Assembly: GCA_002269645.1 (NCBI GenBank)
Contig: NIVC01000085.1
Location: forward strand, 744,001-808,000
Length of the DNA: 64,000 nt
Reading direction: 5' to 3'
DNA from: Macrostomum lignano
Taxonomy: Eukaryota
Shown one piece after another: positions 11,920 to 24,090 of this stretch (positions are counted from its first letter, which is position 1; each line of letters starts with the position of its first letter). Under the pieces are notes generated by a model. It had not been told where the DNA came from and did not search any database. It worked only from the letters and a program-made list of their open reading frames with translations. The position numbers and the translations under genes were made by a program.

Positions 11920-12545
11920 TTGACTTACTTGACTTAGCTGCAGGGCTGTCCCAGGGGGACACAGCGGGAAGGCGCGAGCGCCCATTCCGCTAATCCCTGA
12001 ACGGCCGACGCGTCGCTACGGATGAAGGGTTGGCGCCGCCCAGGGAGGTCCCCCAGTGTCGCCAGTAGCTATGGTGCTCTCTGGAAAGGAGAGTTCAGCC
12101 CTGCGGGTGGCCCGGAGGTAGCGCATGAGCTGATTAAAGTTTTCGGGTTTGCACGCTTCAGTATAAGATGTCTGTGGCCCGAGGTAAGTGAGTCTGGCTC
12201 GCGTAAAAGCGGGACACATGCTGACGAAATGCCCAGCGGTTTCGTCACCTGAGTTACAGAAACTGGTTGCAGGTACTGGTGCCTAGAGAAGCAGCCGTGA
12301 CCTGAGAGGGTCATAGTGGCAGCCCGGATGTCTCTGCGCGAGAGGCGCAAGAGGAGCTTTCGGAGCTGGTGAGAGGGCTGAGGGACAGCGCCTCTGGATT
12401 GCCTGCAGGTAGTGAGTGCAGTTCGCCCAAGTCGAGCGATGCTGGGTCCTGATCCACGCTTTGATGCGCGAGTCGATGACACAGCCAGGAATCGGGAAAA
12501 GGGGTTCGGGACCGAGAGATGAGCCGGAGGCGCCAACTTCTCTTT
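11920..12545 (-). mobile_element. 3' end of a non-LTR retrotransposon (LOA/R1/I-group-like), 5'-truncated
   Basis: The minus strand encodes RDIRAATMTLSGHGCFSRHQY and then, in another frame, FCNSGDETAGHFVSMCPAFTRARLTYLG, the C-terminal CCHC knuckle of LINE ORF2. A GC-rich 3' UTR follows, with an AAGTC/AAGT tandem tail at about 11920-11937. Confidence 0.65.
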
Positions 12546-12548
12546 TAT

Positions 12549-12601
12549 CTATATATAACCTCTGTATATATATATATATATATATTTCTCTATATCTATA
12601 T
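12549..12601. repeat. (TA)n microsatellite
   Basis: TA dinucleotide run at the 5' truncation point of the LINE fragment. Confidence 0.85.
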
Positions 12602-15600
12602 GTAACCTCTTTTATCATGACTTGCCTGTTTGATTGCTGCTTTCATTTTTGCAATTTCAATTTTTTAAGCTGAAAATCAGCAAATGCACGATGGGATCTG
12701 ACCTGTTTTGCTTAATGATCCTATAACAGTCCACTAATATTTGCTGGCGATCAACATTACTGGCCGGCCCTAGCTTCGATGCACATATCAACGGCACTAC
12801 TTCGATTTCTAGAAGTTACTGCACAGCTTCATCCGCATCGCATCTCAGTACTCCAGTTGGAACCGATGGTCGAGGCTTAGGTCGACTCTGGCCATATAAC
12901 TGAATGGGTTCCCATCCACGGTGCACTAAGTAACAGTGGTTGCTGGCATTCAGCAGGAATGCGGCCTTGCCATTGGACAGTATTAACAAGATGTGCCTAA
13001 ATTTCACGTGACATCTTACGTCCTCAGGTACAGCTGGAGTCAACCAGGATCCCTAGTATACCAATCAGCCAAGTAATCGATTTTCCCTTCTTTCCAGCAT
13101 ATGCTTGCCCCTAGTTTGAGTTCAAAGTCCCAGGAGTTCTTTCAGGCCTAATTCTGCTCTATACTATCGATCTCATCTCAATTTTGCTCTTTTATCATGC
13201 TCCAATAGAAGTTAGATTCTACATAAAATATTGGCTCGTGGCTTCTACATACATACCACGTGGCTTCGTAAACTCCAATCATTTAGGCGTTCTATATGAG
13301 CACAAGATAGCTCAACGTATGAAAATTATTGTGATTCCATCCCAGCACGCTGCAATGCTTAAAATTAATTTTATACTTTTGTCTGACTAATTTATTCAGA
13401 TTTAGTCCTTCTACCAAGGCGCTGTCGAACAAGCGACGGAGCTTTAAGTGATGTCAGCAGTTTGCCTACGTCGGCAGGGGCTACCATTCGCTCCATGAAG
13501 GTGTTTCTTTGGTAGGCACAAATGGGTACTAATAGTAGCTCAGTCAACATATATTGACTGCAGACTCTTTCCGTACTTTCTGTTACTGTCAGCTATTTTT
13601 AGCCACTTGAATCACACCGAAGACCTACCTAAGCTATTGTTTGTCTCTATAAAATCTGGAAAGTCTTGTAAAAAATGGGGCTCAGGCTGTCACAGTTGCA
13701 TTCTGTCCTACCAATTCACTGCTACCTGCTGTGTACGTCTGCTTTCAGTGAGCTTTGTGGCTACTAAATGGGCAGTTGGTTCTCCAAACCAGCTCCGATC
13801 CCAACCTTCCAACCAACCTTCCCCGACAGGGAGGTAAGTTACTACGAGTAATAATCTTTCAAAGATCGAATAAAGTTCGAATCTCATTGTCAGACCTTTA
13901 TTTGCGACCCTTTTTATTGTAATACTTATGACACGTGACATGATTTTGTGATAATGCGAAATAGCAATGCTAAAATTTCAGCTAGGGGACTCACGGGCAA
14001 ATTCTTTTGTGAGCGTGGTGAGATACAATACTTCCAGCTCTTCAGCCGGTTAAGGAAATCTACATATGCTGTAGAGACATATGCTGTAGAGACACTCCCA
14101 GCTGGTCATTGAAGCTGACTTCAGCCAGTTACTGCTCGAGGCAACTAAAGAGCTCATGACCAAGACCGATGCAGCCGAACGGACCGTCCTTATGCTGGTG
14201 GCCGACGCTTATGAGACTCCAGTGCAGGCTGAAAAGTGCATCTGGCTCTTATATAAGCTGGGCGCAGATCCCAAAGCAACTGACCGGTCGGGCGACACGG
14301 CCGCACACTTGGCAGCCCGGCGAGACAACCTGCGAGTGCTTGCGCTGATTCCATTTGAAGCGAAGTGGCTGCAAAATGAGAATGGCGCCACTCCGCTGAT
14401 GGAAGCCGCACGGGCTGGCAGCTGGAAATGCACGAAGCACCTGCTGCATCTGCTGAGGCAGCTCAGGTTTAACGAGTGCTCAACGTACGGAAACTCGAAG
14501 AGGTCGCGGCTACTCGGACTGAAGGACCACCGCGGTCGGACAGCATCGGACCTGGCCAGACTCAACGACCATTCAGAACTGGCCAGCTACATTGAGCTGT
14601 ACGTAAGCATTTGTAGTTAGAGTATTTGCTTTCTGCAAATTAAACATTCTCATCAGTCAATTTTTTATTTCGTACAATATTTATTTCGGGGAACTCTGTG
14701 TGTACATCTACGGCTCGTATTAGTTAAGTTGTTAAAAATATGTTCTTCTTCTAATTAACGTAATTGTATAGTAGGCCAATTTTTTATATTCTCTGTCACA
14801 GAGAAATGCGGCTGGTTTTCGATTACAATGGCTCCATCACTGGTCTGGATTTTGTGGTGAGTGAGTCAGCTGTGTGCCCATGTGTTTACGGTGTAAAATG
14901 GTGCCAAAATGTATTTGTCTTTCCAGGAAAGCTGGCTAAAGGATATAAAAAAGCTGATTGAGGATGAAAACTACTCAGCGTTGGTTCAGAAGGTGAACCG
15001 CTTCAACTGTGACTTGCCTAACAGCCAGGGCAACACATTCTTGCTGATGTTTATGCATGTAGCTCAGCCTCAGCAGCGCAGCAATCCAGATACTACGAAT
15101 CTGAATCAAGAAACGTTTCTGAAGAAGCTTCTGCAGGTGTGTGATCCCACGTGTGCAAATACATACGGGATGAATGCCTTGCATATTGCAGCCTACAAGG
15201 GCAATTCTGCGGCAGCCGCCGCACTGCTGACTGCTGGAGCCAGGGCTAATGTCTGCATGTACCTTGAAGTGACTCCCCTTATGCAAGCAGCTTTTTGCAC
15301 CCAGGAAGATGCCGCAGCATTAGTTTGCTGGATTCTGCTTTGCGCAGGTTCCAATTGGAGTCTGAAGAACCGGAAAGGCAAGACTGCGCTAGATTTAGCA
15401 ACTGAGCAAGGAAGCCACAAAATGGCTGAGCTTCTGCGTAGGTGAGTTTCATGTTGTACCAATTTATTTTTTAACTATCGATAAATTATCAGATATATAA
15501 TTTCTTTTAATTAGCTATTTGAAATTTTTACTGTTTTCTTGAATTTTTTAGATTTCATGATATGGACTGGTGGACTGAATTACCGTACCAGACAAGAAGA

Positions 15601-16143
15601 GGTCAAGTCGGTACTACAGACAGTTTATCTACCGAGAGGTACGTCCCGTAATGTTTATTTTCTATACCTTTTGCAGAAAAAGTAAAAATGTACTGCAATA
15701 TCCCTCGATAATGACAATCTAAAATATTTTATGTGACTTTTAAATTACTTCTGAAGAATAGCGATTAGACGATTAACAGACCGAAAAAAGTATATCAGAA
15801 TTTATTCCATGTCATTTTTTGCAATTTCAAAACACCAAGTCAATAAGTGAAAATGAAAATTCCCGGTACTCACTCTCAGTATCAGACAAGGAGTGGTGAA
15901 TCTGGTGCCAGCTACAGCTACGAATATAGAAGACCGCCTGCCGCCTACATGAGCCAAGCTTCTCAGTGCACCCCACAGTCGCTTCAAGCAGTTGATCAAC
16001 ATTCTGCTGTCGAGAGTGATTGCAGCTCAAATTCGAGGTTTGTGCCTGAATATCTACAATTTCGAAAGCTTTTACAAAAAACACCGGGTTTGATATTCAA
16101 ATTTTTTTACCGAAGTTATTAAAATACCAAAGAATGATGCGAT

Positions 16144-16330
16144 CATGGGCGGCGAGAGCTTGCGGCACCGGGGGCACGTGCACCCCCCCCCCCCCCAGAA
16201 AATGAGTCCACATGGTAATTTTTAGTGCTTTTTCTGACTTTAGGTCTTAATTAGCAGCTTATAAAGGTACCTGTGCCCCCCTTGCTTTGTGCCCAGTGCC
16301 CCCCTCAAATATTAAGCTCCGCCGCCCCTG
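16144..16330. mobile_element. hAT-like MITE (paralog of 2225-2408)
   Basis: Same TIRs, with a perfect 8-bp TSD GATGCGAT at 16136-16143 and 16331-16338. Confidence 0.8.
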
Positions 16331-16681
16331 GATGCGATTTATATTTTAAAATATTTAACAAGCCTGCACAAATTGTCGCACTGCTTTTTACAGATTTGCT
16401 AAACTATCTACCTGAGCCCTTAATTTCGTAAAGGCTCCTAATTTGACGTGGAACGAGTCAGTGAGCTCTTCGGCAAACTGGGATTCATAATTGACGTACG
16501 CGAGGACCTGACTGCAGATGAGATCGAAAACTTCTTAGATTGTGTAAGAAATTGGAAAGAACTGGAACGCCATGGCACTCTTGTCAGCTTCCTCATGACT
16601 CACGGTCGCGAAGACTGCATCGTCGGTAGCGATGGAAAGCCCTGCAATATTATCTATCCCACTAGAAAGTTTCAGGTTATT

Positions 16682-17808
16682 TGTAGAGTGCTATACCTCC
16701 CAAGAAAAGTCATACAAATTGTTAACGTACTACTTATTAGTTTTATTCAGTAGTATAGCAAGAAACAAGTATAAAAATAAGTACTGAATCACATGCGTAA
16801 CTTTAGTCAACCAATCAGAAGAGAGGAAAGTCGAACATGTTATTCTTGGCAACCCACCAATCATGCGTGACCTACAATTGTCAAGTTAAACCCCATCTGC
16901 CATTCATCATTGGTCACGTGTGACCTACTTTTGTCAAAACAAACCCTGCCTGCGATTCATCATCTGGCTTGCACCCGGTCTGCACCGGATGAACCAATCA
17001 AATGCGACAGAAAAACACCAGATACGGTAACCAATCATTCGCGTTTACAGTAGACTAGTTGCGCAACTTTCTACCCTGTTATGCTTGACAGCCACCGAAT
17101 CGTGACCCTTTGAAATTTACAAAAAAAGTGATGGACGACCTCGAGAGAGGTTCGTTTGCCTATAAATACAAGTGTTCCGGAACGGACCCGGAGCCAACAC
17201 TTCTCTGAGAGAGAAAGCTCCGAAGAGGAAGCTGCAGCAGACTTTTGAAGCAACTCGAGACTCGGTCGAGTTCTTACGGTAAGCCTTACTCATTTGCGCC
17301 TGTTGGTTGAGACGTCTCGCTCAAGTCTAGTCTACGCTCGTAGTTAAGTCTGTTGAGACTCTTGAGTCTGTTTAGACTCCACTGGTTGCAGTCTCCAGAA
17401 GGACTGCCCCTGATAGATCTTAGAAGACTATCAGTGGTCTCCGGAGCTATTCCTAGAGTGCAAAGAGGCACTGCTAGAAGGAGTAGGCTTATATTATACC
17501 GCAGTTTGGCGCAGGGATCCCCATTGTAATTGGAAGCTTCCCATTGGTCCGAACTACAGACGCCGGCCGGCACAAGACGATGAAGAAACTCGGACCAGGA
17601 CTACAGAGTCAAGTCGGACAAAAGGCCTGATTGACAGATCTGTGACGAGATCTACAAGGACTCAAAGAAGAGATCTACACCTCCGGATTAAAGGTAATTA
17701 AATACCTTCAGTTGACTTACTGCGTTGCCTAGCTACAGAGCTAGAAGTGATTGTTCCTTGATTACAGTTAAGGACTGGTAATAAGGAACAAATCAGATTT
17801 TTTTAAAA
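16682..17808 (+). mobile_element. Insertion in caspase copy 2 intron with LTR-like promoter features
   Basis: Absent from the 77-bp homologous intron of copy 1. It carries several CCAAT boxes (about 16811-17036), TATAAATA at 17161 and a GTAAGC donor at 17279. TGTAG...CTACA occurs at 16682/17737, but no TSD was found. Confidence 0.4.
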
Positions 17809-18691
17809 ATTGATTTAAACACTGAAAAGAACTCATTGCAACGCTGTACCATTTGCAAAAACCTGTTTCAGCCGAAATTATGCAGCAGTCTGGCTGGCAA
17901 GCCAAAAATTTTTTTTCATCCAGGCCTGCCGTGGCCTCGAAAAAGACGAATTGTTGATGACAAGAGAAACAATCGACACTGCAGGTGGTCGATTCGAGGG
18001 AACTTCGGTTGTCTATCCTTCTAACAGTGACTTTCTGATTTTTTACGCCACCCCCCGCGGTCAGGTTGCGTTTAGAGATGAACAAAACGGATCATGCTTC
18101 ATTCAAACAGTGTGTCAACTAATTGACAAGTACTACAAGACAGAAGACTTGATGAGCATCATGGTTCGAGTTAACAAGCGCATGGTGAAGAAGCCTTACA
18201 GGGATGGCCACCAATATTTTCATGTGGTGGGTGAAATTACTGGGCACCCAACTCGCAAGATCTCCCTCGATCCAAGCAGAGCATGCGATTAATAAAGACG
18301 AACCTGTTCACCATAAATTCATAAACTGGAAATTGAGTGATGTCTCTGAGTTTCAGCTGAGTTTCGTCTAACAATGTGTTTTATAACCTTTCATTTAACT
18401 CTACGCGCATCGCAGTTAAAAATGTGTGCCTGTTTATTCCTTCAAATTTTAACCCAGGGGCTACTCAAGTAGAAGAGCAGGAAACCTCGTTTCTTGGGAA
18501 ATTTGAGAAGACAGTTTTTCAGAAAAATACACTACGGAGATAGGAAGTATTCTCTCTCTGTGCCGCCCCAGTCTGCACTTTTCGCAATTCACATTTTTGC
18601 TTGTTCAATAGCAAACTAATGAACTGCAGCATTGACTGTTACCATAATTTTTTCTATTTTCACAAGCATTGAAGTTTGGCTGGACACATTT

Positions 18692-18935
18692 GTAATTAAA
18701 CACATTTACAACTGGTCTCAGTTGCAATAAAACACATTTACAACTGGTCTCAGTTGCAATAAAACACATTTACAACTGGTCTCAGTTGCAATAAAACACA
18801 TTTACAACTGGTCACAGTTGCAATTAAACACATTTACAACTGGTTACAGTTGCAATTAAACACATTTACAACTGGGTCACAGTTGCAATTAAACACATTT
18901 ACAACTGGTCTCAGTTGCAATTAAACACATTTACT
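18692..18935. repeat. 32-bp minisatellite, about 7-8 units (AACTGGTCTCAGTTGCAATTAAACACATTTAC)
   Basis: Tandem units read directly from the sequence. Confidence 0.95.
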
Positions 18936-19324
18936 ACGATGGTTGATGTTGATAGCTTTGAGTTGAATATCACTGGAGAGTAAGTCTTACTTTGCCACAA
19001 AATGGTGGGCTTTCTGCCAGCTGTCTCCTAACTTTTTGCAAGCATGCTTCTGCCTAGTAAAACTTTATTTTTTAAGTTGCTTTTGAATAACGTGGATTTA
19101 TGTGAATTTTTCTATTGCAGTAGACCTTTGTCATAACGGAAGTCAAGTCGCTGAAAGTCGCTGAAAATTTGCGAGAAAGAGCATCAAAATTTGTTTTGCT
19201 TTTTTACTTTTTATTTGTGTCATGACGGGACGGTCGGCATCACGCATTGTAGCAGGTCATTCAATTTGCTGGAGTCCCTGTTCAGCTCATCAGCTGAGCC
19301 AGTCGGTCACCGCACCGCTCGAGC

Positions 19325-20061
19325 TCAGCCACGCACGAACAGAGTCCACTCGGGCCCGCTCGGGTGGCCAGGCGGGTACACGAACTCCAGCAGGTGGCAG
19401 GCGAGCTCCTGTCGAGAGAAAACGGCGACCCGGCAGTCGGCTCTGGCGCTGCACCAGAGCAGGCAGTCCTCGACGGACTGGGCAGCGACAGGCCAGACGG
19501 AAGGGGCACCGGATGTCACGGGAGGGCTGGACGGCTTCACTACCGTGTAGGTGTTGCAGTTTGAAACTGAAATTGAAGAAATGTGCATCAGTTCATTAGT
19601 AAGAATACGGCCACAATGACTGCCGCTACTGAACAGTAAAAGTGAAAGTAACCTGGGTAACTCAGAGAGAACACGGAATTGCGATAGTATCCGCCACACT
19701 TCTGGAGTTGGTTTCCGGAACAAGTCTTGCTGCAGTGGTCTTTGCCCACCAATCCATGGGATCCGTACGAGTTGCCGCAGTAGCACTCTGTGCTGAACTG
19801 CACGCCGAAGTAGAGAAAGCTGCCTACTGAGCAGATGCCGCTGCACAGCTCGTGCGACATCTCACTGTTGCTTACTCTGCCGCCAGCTCCAACTCTGAAC
19901 CCGCCGATCTTTCTGACTTCACTGAGTCCGTTCAAGTCTCTTGGTGACCCATGGTCTTTATAGCAGCCCAGGTATTCGAAATGGACGAGTCGGCAGGGGA
20001 CGCAAGTCAGCAGGAGGGCAGTGCAGAACACAGCGGACAGAGCCGCTGCTGGGCGGAACAT
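19325..20061 (-). CDS. Secreted WSC + PAN/apple-like protein, copy B (intact)
   Basis: Exons 20061-19653 and 19566-19325 give 651 nt (217 codons), with an 86-bp GT-AG intron. Signal peptide, WSC and PAN-like cysteine patterns are present. An alternative ATG is at 20073, and AATAAA lies on the minus strand at about 19209-19214. Confidence 0.88.
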
Positions 20062-21031
20062 TTCGCTGCTCATAGAGAAGTTCGGGGCAGCTGAGGTTGG
20101 TGGAACCGCAGCTTTGACTGTTTTCCTTTCATCTGTTCAGAGCAAACACATTTATACATGTAGGTGCCTGAGCTCGCATTGCTCGTCGACCAACTGGCGA
20201 TATTTTTCTAAAAATTGGATTCGATGATCAGCTTAGGATGCCTGCTCAGGTACTCAAGTACCCTTGAAAGCATGTCAAGCTTTAACCTGAAGAATTTTTG
20301 GTCCACATTCATTTTGGAAGAGTGTCAAATTTCGTCCATTTTATCGTCATTTTTCCAAAAAACCATATTTGTTTTAGCTACTGAAATATACAATAATAGC
20401 TAAAAGAAATTTCTCAATAAAAATTACTACCTGCTTTCCGTACTTATGCACTATTTAAAACCGATAGGCACTCAAAAATTTGAAAAAAAATTGTATCTTT
20501 GGCTTTAAAAAACTGTGCTTCATAATTTCTTTAAAACAAGTAGTAGCTGGCTTTGCAGCATTGAGTCTAAATACTTCATCGGTAATACACAACATTTCAA
20601 GTTCAACTGTATTAATTTTGTAGAATCAAAATACAAATTCTGTAATACTAATAATAAAAGAAGGCAAAAAATGCGGCCATCATGGTTCTGACACTTTGAA
20701 AAAAGTGACAATAATCGAAATAAATAGATTTTTTATGAAAATCAAAGAGAAAGATCTGCTTTTAAATACTTTTCTTCAACTTCCCTCAAACTTTCATACT
20801 TTCCCTTTCACGCAAACCATATTTAACCCACTTCTAGCATTGGTGATACAAAATGAAGAACCAAACAAGTCAGCACATACTACTACTTCTGCTATTTGTA
20901 CAAAAATAGCTAAGTCGAATATGCTCTACATCATAAACCCATTGCACATTGGCGAACAAGTGACAGACGTAAAAGGGAATCTTAGTAAGCATCTGTGGGG
21001 TCTAGAATAGACAGGCTACAAGACTGGCTAA

Positions 21032-22770
21032 AATTGGTCTCAGTTGCAATTAAACACATTTACAACTGGTCTCAGTTGCAATAAAACACATTTACAACTG
21101 GTCTCAGTTGCAATAAAACACATTTACAACTGGTCTCAGTTGCAATTAAACACACTTACAACTGGTCTCAGTTGCAATTAAACACACTTACAAATGGTCT
21201 CAGTTGCAATTAAACACATTTACAACTGGTCTCAGTTGCAATTAAACACACTTACAACTGGTCTCAGTTGCAATTAAACACATTTACAACTGGGTCTCAG
21301 TTACAATTAAACACATTTACAACTGGTCTCAGTTGCAATTAAACACACTTACAACTTGTCTCAGTTGCAATTAAACACATTTACAACTGGTCTCAGTTGC
21401 AATTAAACACATTTACAACTGGTCTCAGTTGCAATTAAACACATCTACAACTGGTCTCAGTTGCAATTAAACACACTTACAACTGGTCTCAGCTGCAACT
21501 AAACACATTTACAACTGGTCTCAGTTGCAATTAAATACATTTACAACTGGTCTCAGTTGCAATTAAACACACTTACAACTGGTCTCAGTTGCAATTAAAC
21601 ACACTTACAACTTGTCTCAGTTGCAACTAAACACATTTACAACTGGTCTCAGTTGCAATTAAACACATTTACAACTGGTCTCAGTTGCAATTAAACACAT
21701 TTACAACTGGTCTCAGTTGCAATTAAACACACTTACAACTAGTCTCAGTTGCAATTAAACACATTTACAACTGGGTCTCAGTTGCAATGTAACACATTTA
21801 CAACTGGTCTCAGTTGCAATTAAACACACTTACAACTGGTCTCAGTTGCAATTAAACACATTTACAACTGGTCACAGTTGCAATTAAACACATTTACAAC
21901 TGGTCTCAGTTGCAATTAAACACACTTACAACTGGTCACAGTTGCAATTAAACACATTTACAACTAGTCTCAGTTGCAATTAAACACATTTACAACTGGT
22001 CTCAGTTGCAATTAAACACATTTACAACTGGTCACAGTTGCAACTAAACACATTTACAACTAGTCTCAGTTGCAATTAAACACATTTACAACTGGGTCTC
22101 AGTTGCAATTAAACACATTTACAACTGGTCTCAGTTGCAATTAAACACATTTACAACTGGTCTCAGTTGCAATTAAACACATTTACAACTGGTCTCAGTT
22201 GCAATTAAACACATTTACAACTGGGTCTCAGTTGCAATTAAACACATTTACAACTGGTCTCAGTTGCAATTAAACACATTTACAACTGGTCTCAGTTGCA
22301 ATTAAACGCACTTACAACTGGTCTCAGTGGCAATTAAACACATTTACAACTGGTCACAGTTGCAACTAAACACATTTACAACTAGTCTCAGTTGCAATTA
22401 AACACATTTACAACTGGGTCTCAGTTGCAATTAAACACATTTACAACTGGTCTCAGTTGCAATTAAACACATTTAAAACTGGTCTCAGTTGCAATTAAAC
22501 ACATTTACAACTGGTCTCAGTTGCAATTAAACACATTTACAACTGGGTTTCAGTTGCAATTAAACACATTTACAACTGGGTCTCAGTTGCAATTAAACAC
22601 ATTTACAACTGGTCTCAGTTGCAATTAAACACATTTACAACTGGTCTCAGTTGCAATTAAACACATTTACAACTGGGTCTTAGTTGCAACTAAACACATT
22701 TACAACTGGTCTCAGTTGCAATTAAACACATTTACAACTGGTCTCAGTTGCAATTAAACACATTTACAAC
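21032..22770. repeat. 32-bp minisatellite, about 54 units
   Basis: Uninterrupted tandem array of the same unit with no spacers. Confidence 0.97.
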
Positions 22771-23070
22771 GACGGTTGATAATAATTGCTTGTGACTTCA
22801 TTATCACTGCGGAGTAAGTCTAACGTATCCACAAAACGCTGTCTCCTTACTTTCTGCCCTCATGCTTCAGCCAAGCAAAGCGTTTGTACTGCATTAGCCT
22901 TTGAGTTGAATGCCAATAGCTCGCATTTACTTTTTAGACCTTGGACAACAGGAAGTCAGCTCGGAAACTCAATAAAACTAGTTGTACACGCTCGTACATG
23001 TGAGGCTAAAGCAATGCGAACGATAAAAAGCGCGCACCAAAGCAGCTAGGTCTTTACAGTCGGCTTCAGG

Positions 23071-23100
23071 CAGACAGACATACAGGCAGACAGACACTCT

Positions 23101-23168
<68 letters not shown>

Positions 23169-23197
23169 TACAGACAGACAGACAGACAGACACACAG
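23071..23197. repeat. (GACA)n microsatellite
   Basis: Read directly from the sequence. Confidence 0.95.
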
Positions 23198-23699
23198 AAT
23201 CTCTCAATAAGCAATACTTTTTACTACGTTGCATGATGATAATAATAATAGATTACACCTGACGTAATGGGCAAATGTGCAACCGACAGCTCAGCCGCAG
23301 CTATTACGATCTATAAAACCCTAAAATAAACTAGATCCCGATAAACTATTAGTATATGGATTTGAGAATACATCTTACTTGCCTCTTTCTTCTATTTTCT
23401 TTATTGTTGTACGCACAGCGAGTACACGCTTTCCAGCTTCTTTTCTCTGCCTTACTCTAAAATACTCCAAAAGGCCCAACTCCTCTTTCTCACTCTCTCA
23501 CTCCGCCTCTCTCGCACCGTTCTCTCTGCTATTTTTTTTACTGTTCAATAGTGTGCAGACACTCACTCCCTTTTCCGCTGTGCATCCCCCACTGCTCACG
23601 CAACTCTCCTGTATTGTTTGTTCTCTCTTCTCTGTACACGTATTTGCAATATGACACATTAACAACGACGGTTGATATTAATTAATTACTATATTAATA

Positions 23700-24090
23700 T
23701 TAGGTAGCTACTCTCATCAGCCTTCAAAATTCTGAGCTCCTGACAGGTAGCTACTCTCATCAGCCTTCAAACTTCTCAACTCCTGACAGGTAGCTACTCT
23801 CATCAGCCTTCAAACTTCTGAGCTCCTGACAGGTAGCTACTCTCATCAGCCTTCAAACTTCTCAACTCCTGACAGGTAGCTACTCTCATCAGCCTTCAAA
23901 CTTCTCAACTCCTGACAGGTAGCTACTCTCATCAGCCTTCAAACTTCTCAACTCCTGACAGGTAGCTACTCTCATCAGCCTTCAAACTTCTGAGCTCCTG
24001 ACAAGTAGCTATTCTCATCAGCCTTCAAACTTCTGAGCTCCTGACAGGTAGCTATTCTCATCGGACTTCAAACTTCTCAACTCCTGACAG
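23700..24090. repeat. 43-bp minisatellite, about 9 units (CTCCTGACAGGTAGCTACTCTCATCAGCCTTCAAACTTCTSAR)
   Basis: Tandem units of a diverged relative of the 7266-7655 unit, in homologous flanks. Confidence 0.95.

Larger units (their letters stand above)
14102..18292 (+). pseudogene. Ankyrin-repeat caspase, copy 2 (ankyrin exons intact, caspase part disrupted)
   Basis: Exons 14102-14602 (the 14102 acceptor is inferred), 14927-15441 and 15552-15638 are open and parallel copy 1. Deletions at about 15858 and 16427 remove the acceptors of the next two exons. There is an insertion of about 1.1 kb in the last intron and a +1 frameshift in the T run at about 17909-17916, just before QACRG. Confidence 0.85.
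404..20275 (+). repeat. Segmental duplication: 404-~10115 versus 14419-~20275 (ANK-caspase, 32-bp repeat site, WSC-PAN)
   Basis: Exons, introns, the MITE and the WSC gene are collinear, with many indels between the two halves. Confidence 0.85.

Noticed and set aside
12221-12250. CTGACGAAA...TTTCGTCA as a hammerhead ribozyme
   Set aside because: It is only a simple hairpin within LINE coding sequence. The CUGANGA-stem II-GAAA order is not present on either strand.
13982-14017. Possible small upstream exon of ANK-caspase copy 2 (LGDSRANSFVSV)
   Set aside because: Splice signals and phase fit, but there is no homology or second copy to support it, so it was left out of the gene model.
21032-22770. 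32-bp repeat with internal hairpin as a CRISPR array
   Set aside because: Units are directly adjacent with no unique spacers, there are no cas genes, and the context is eukaryotic with introns.
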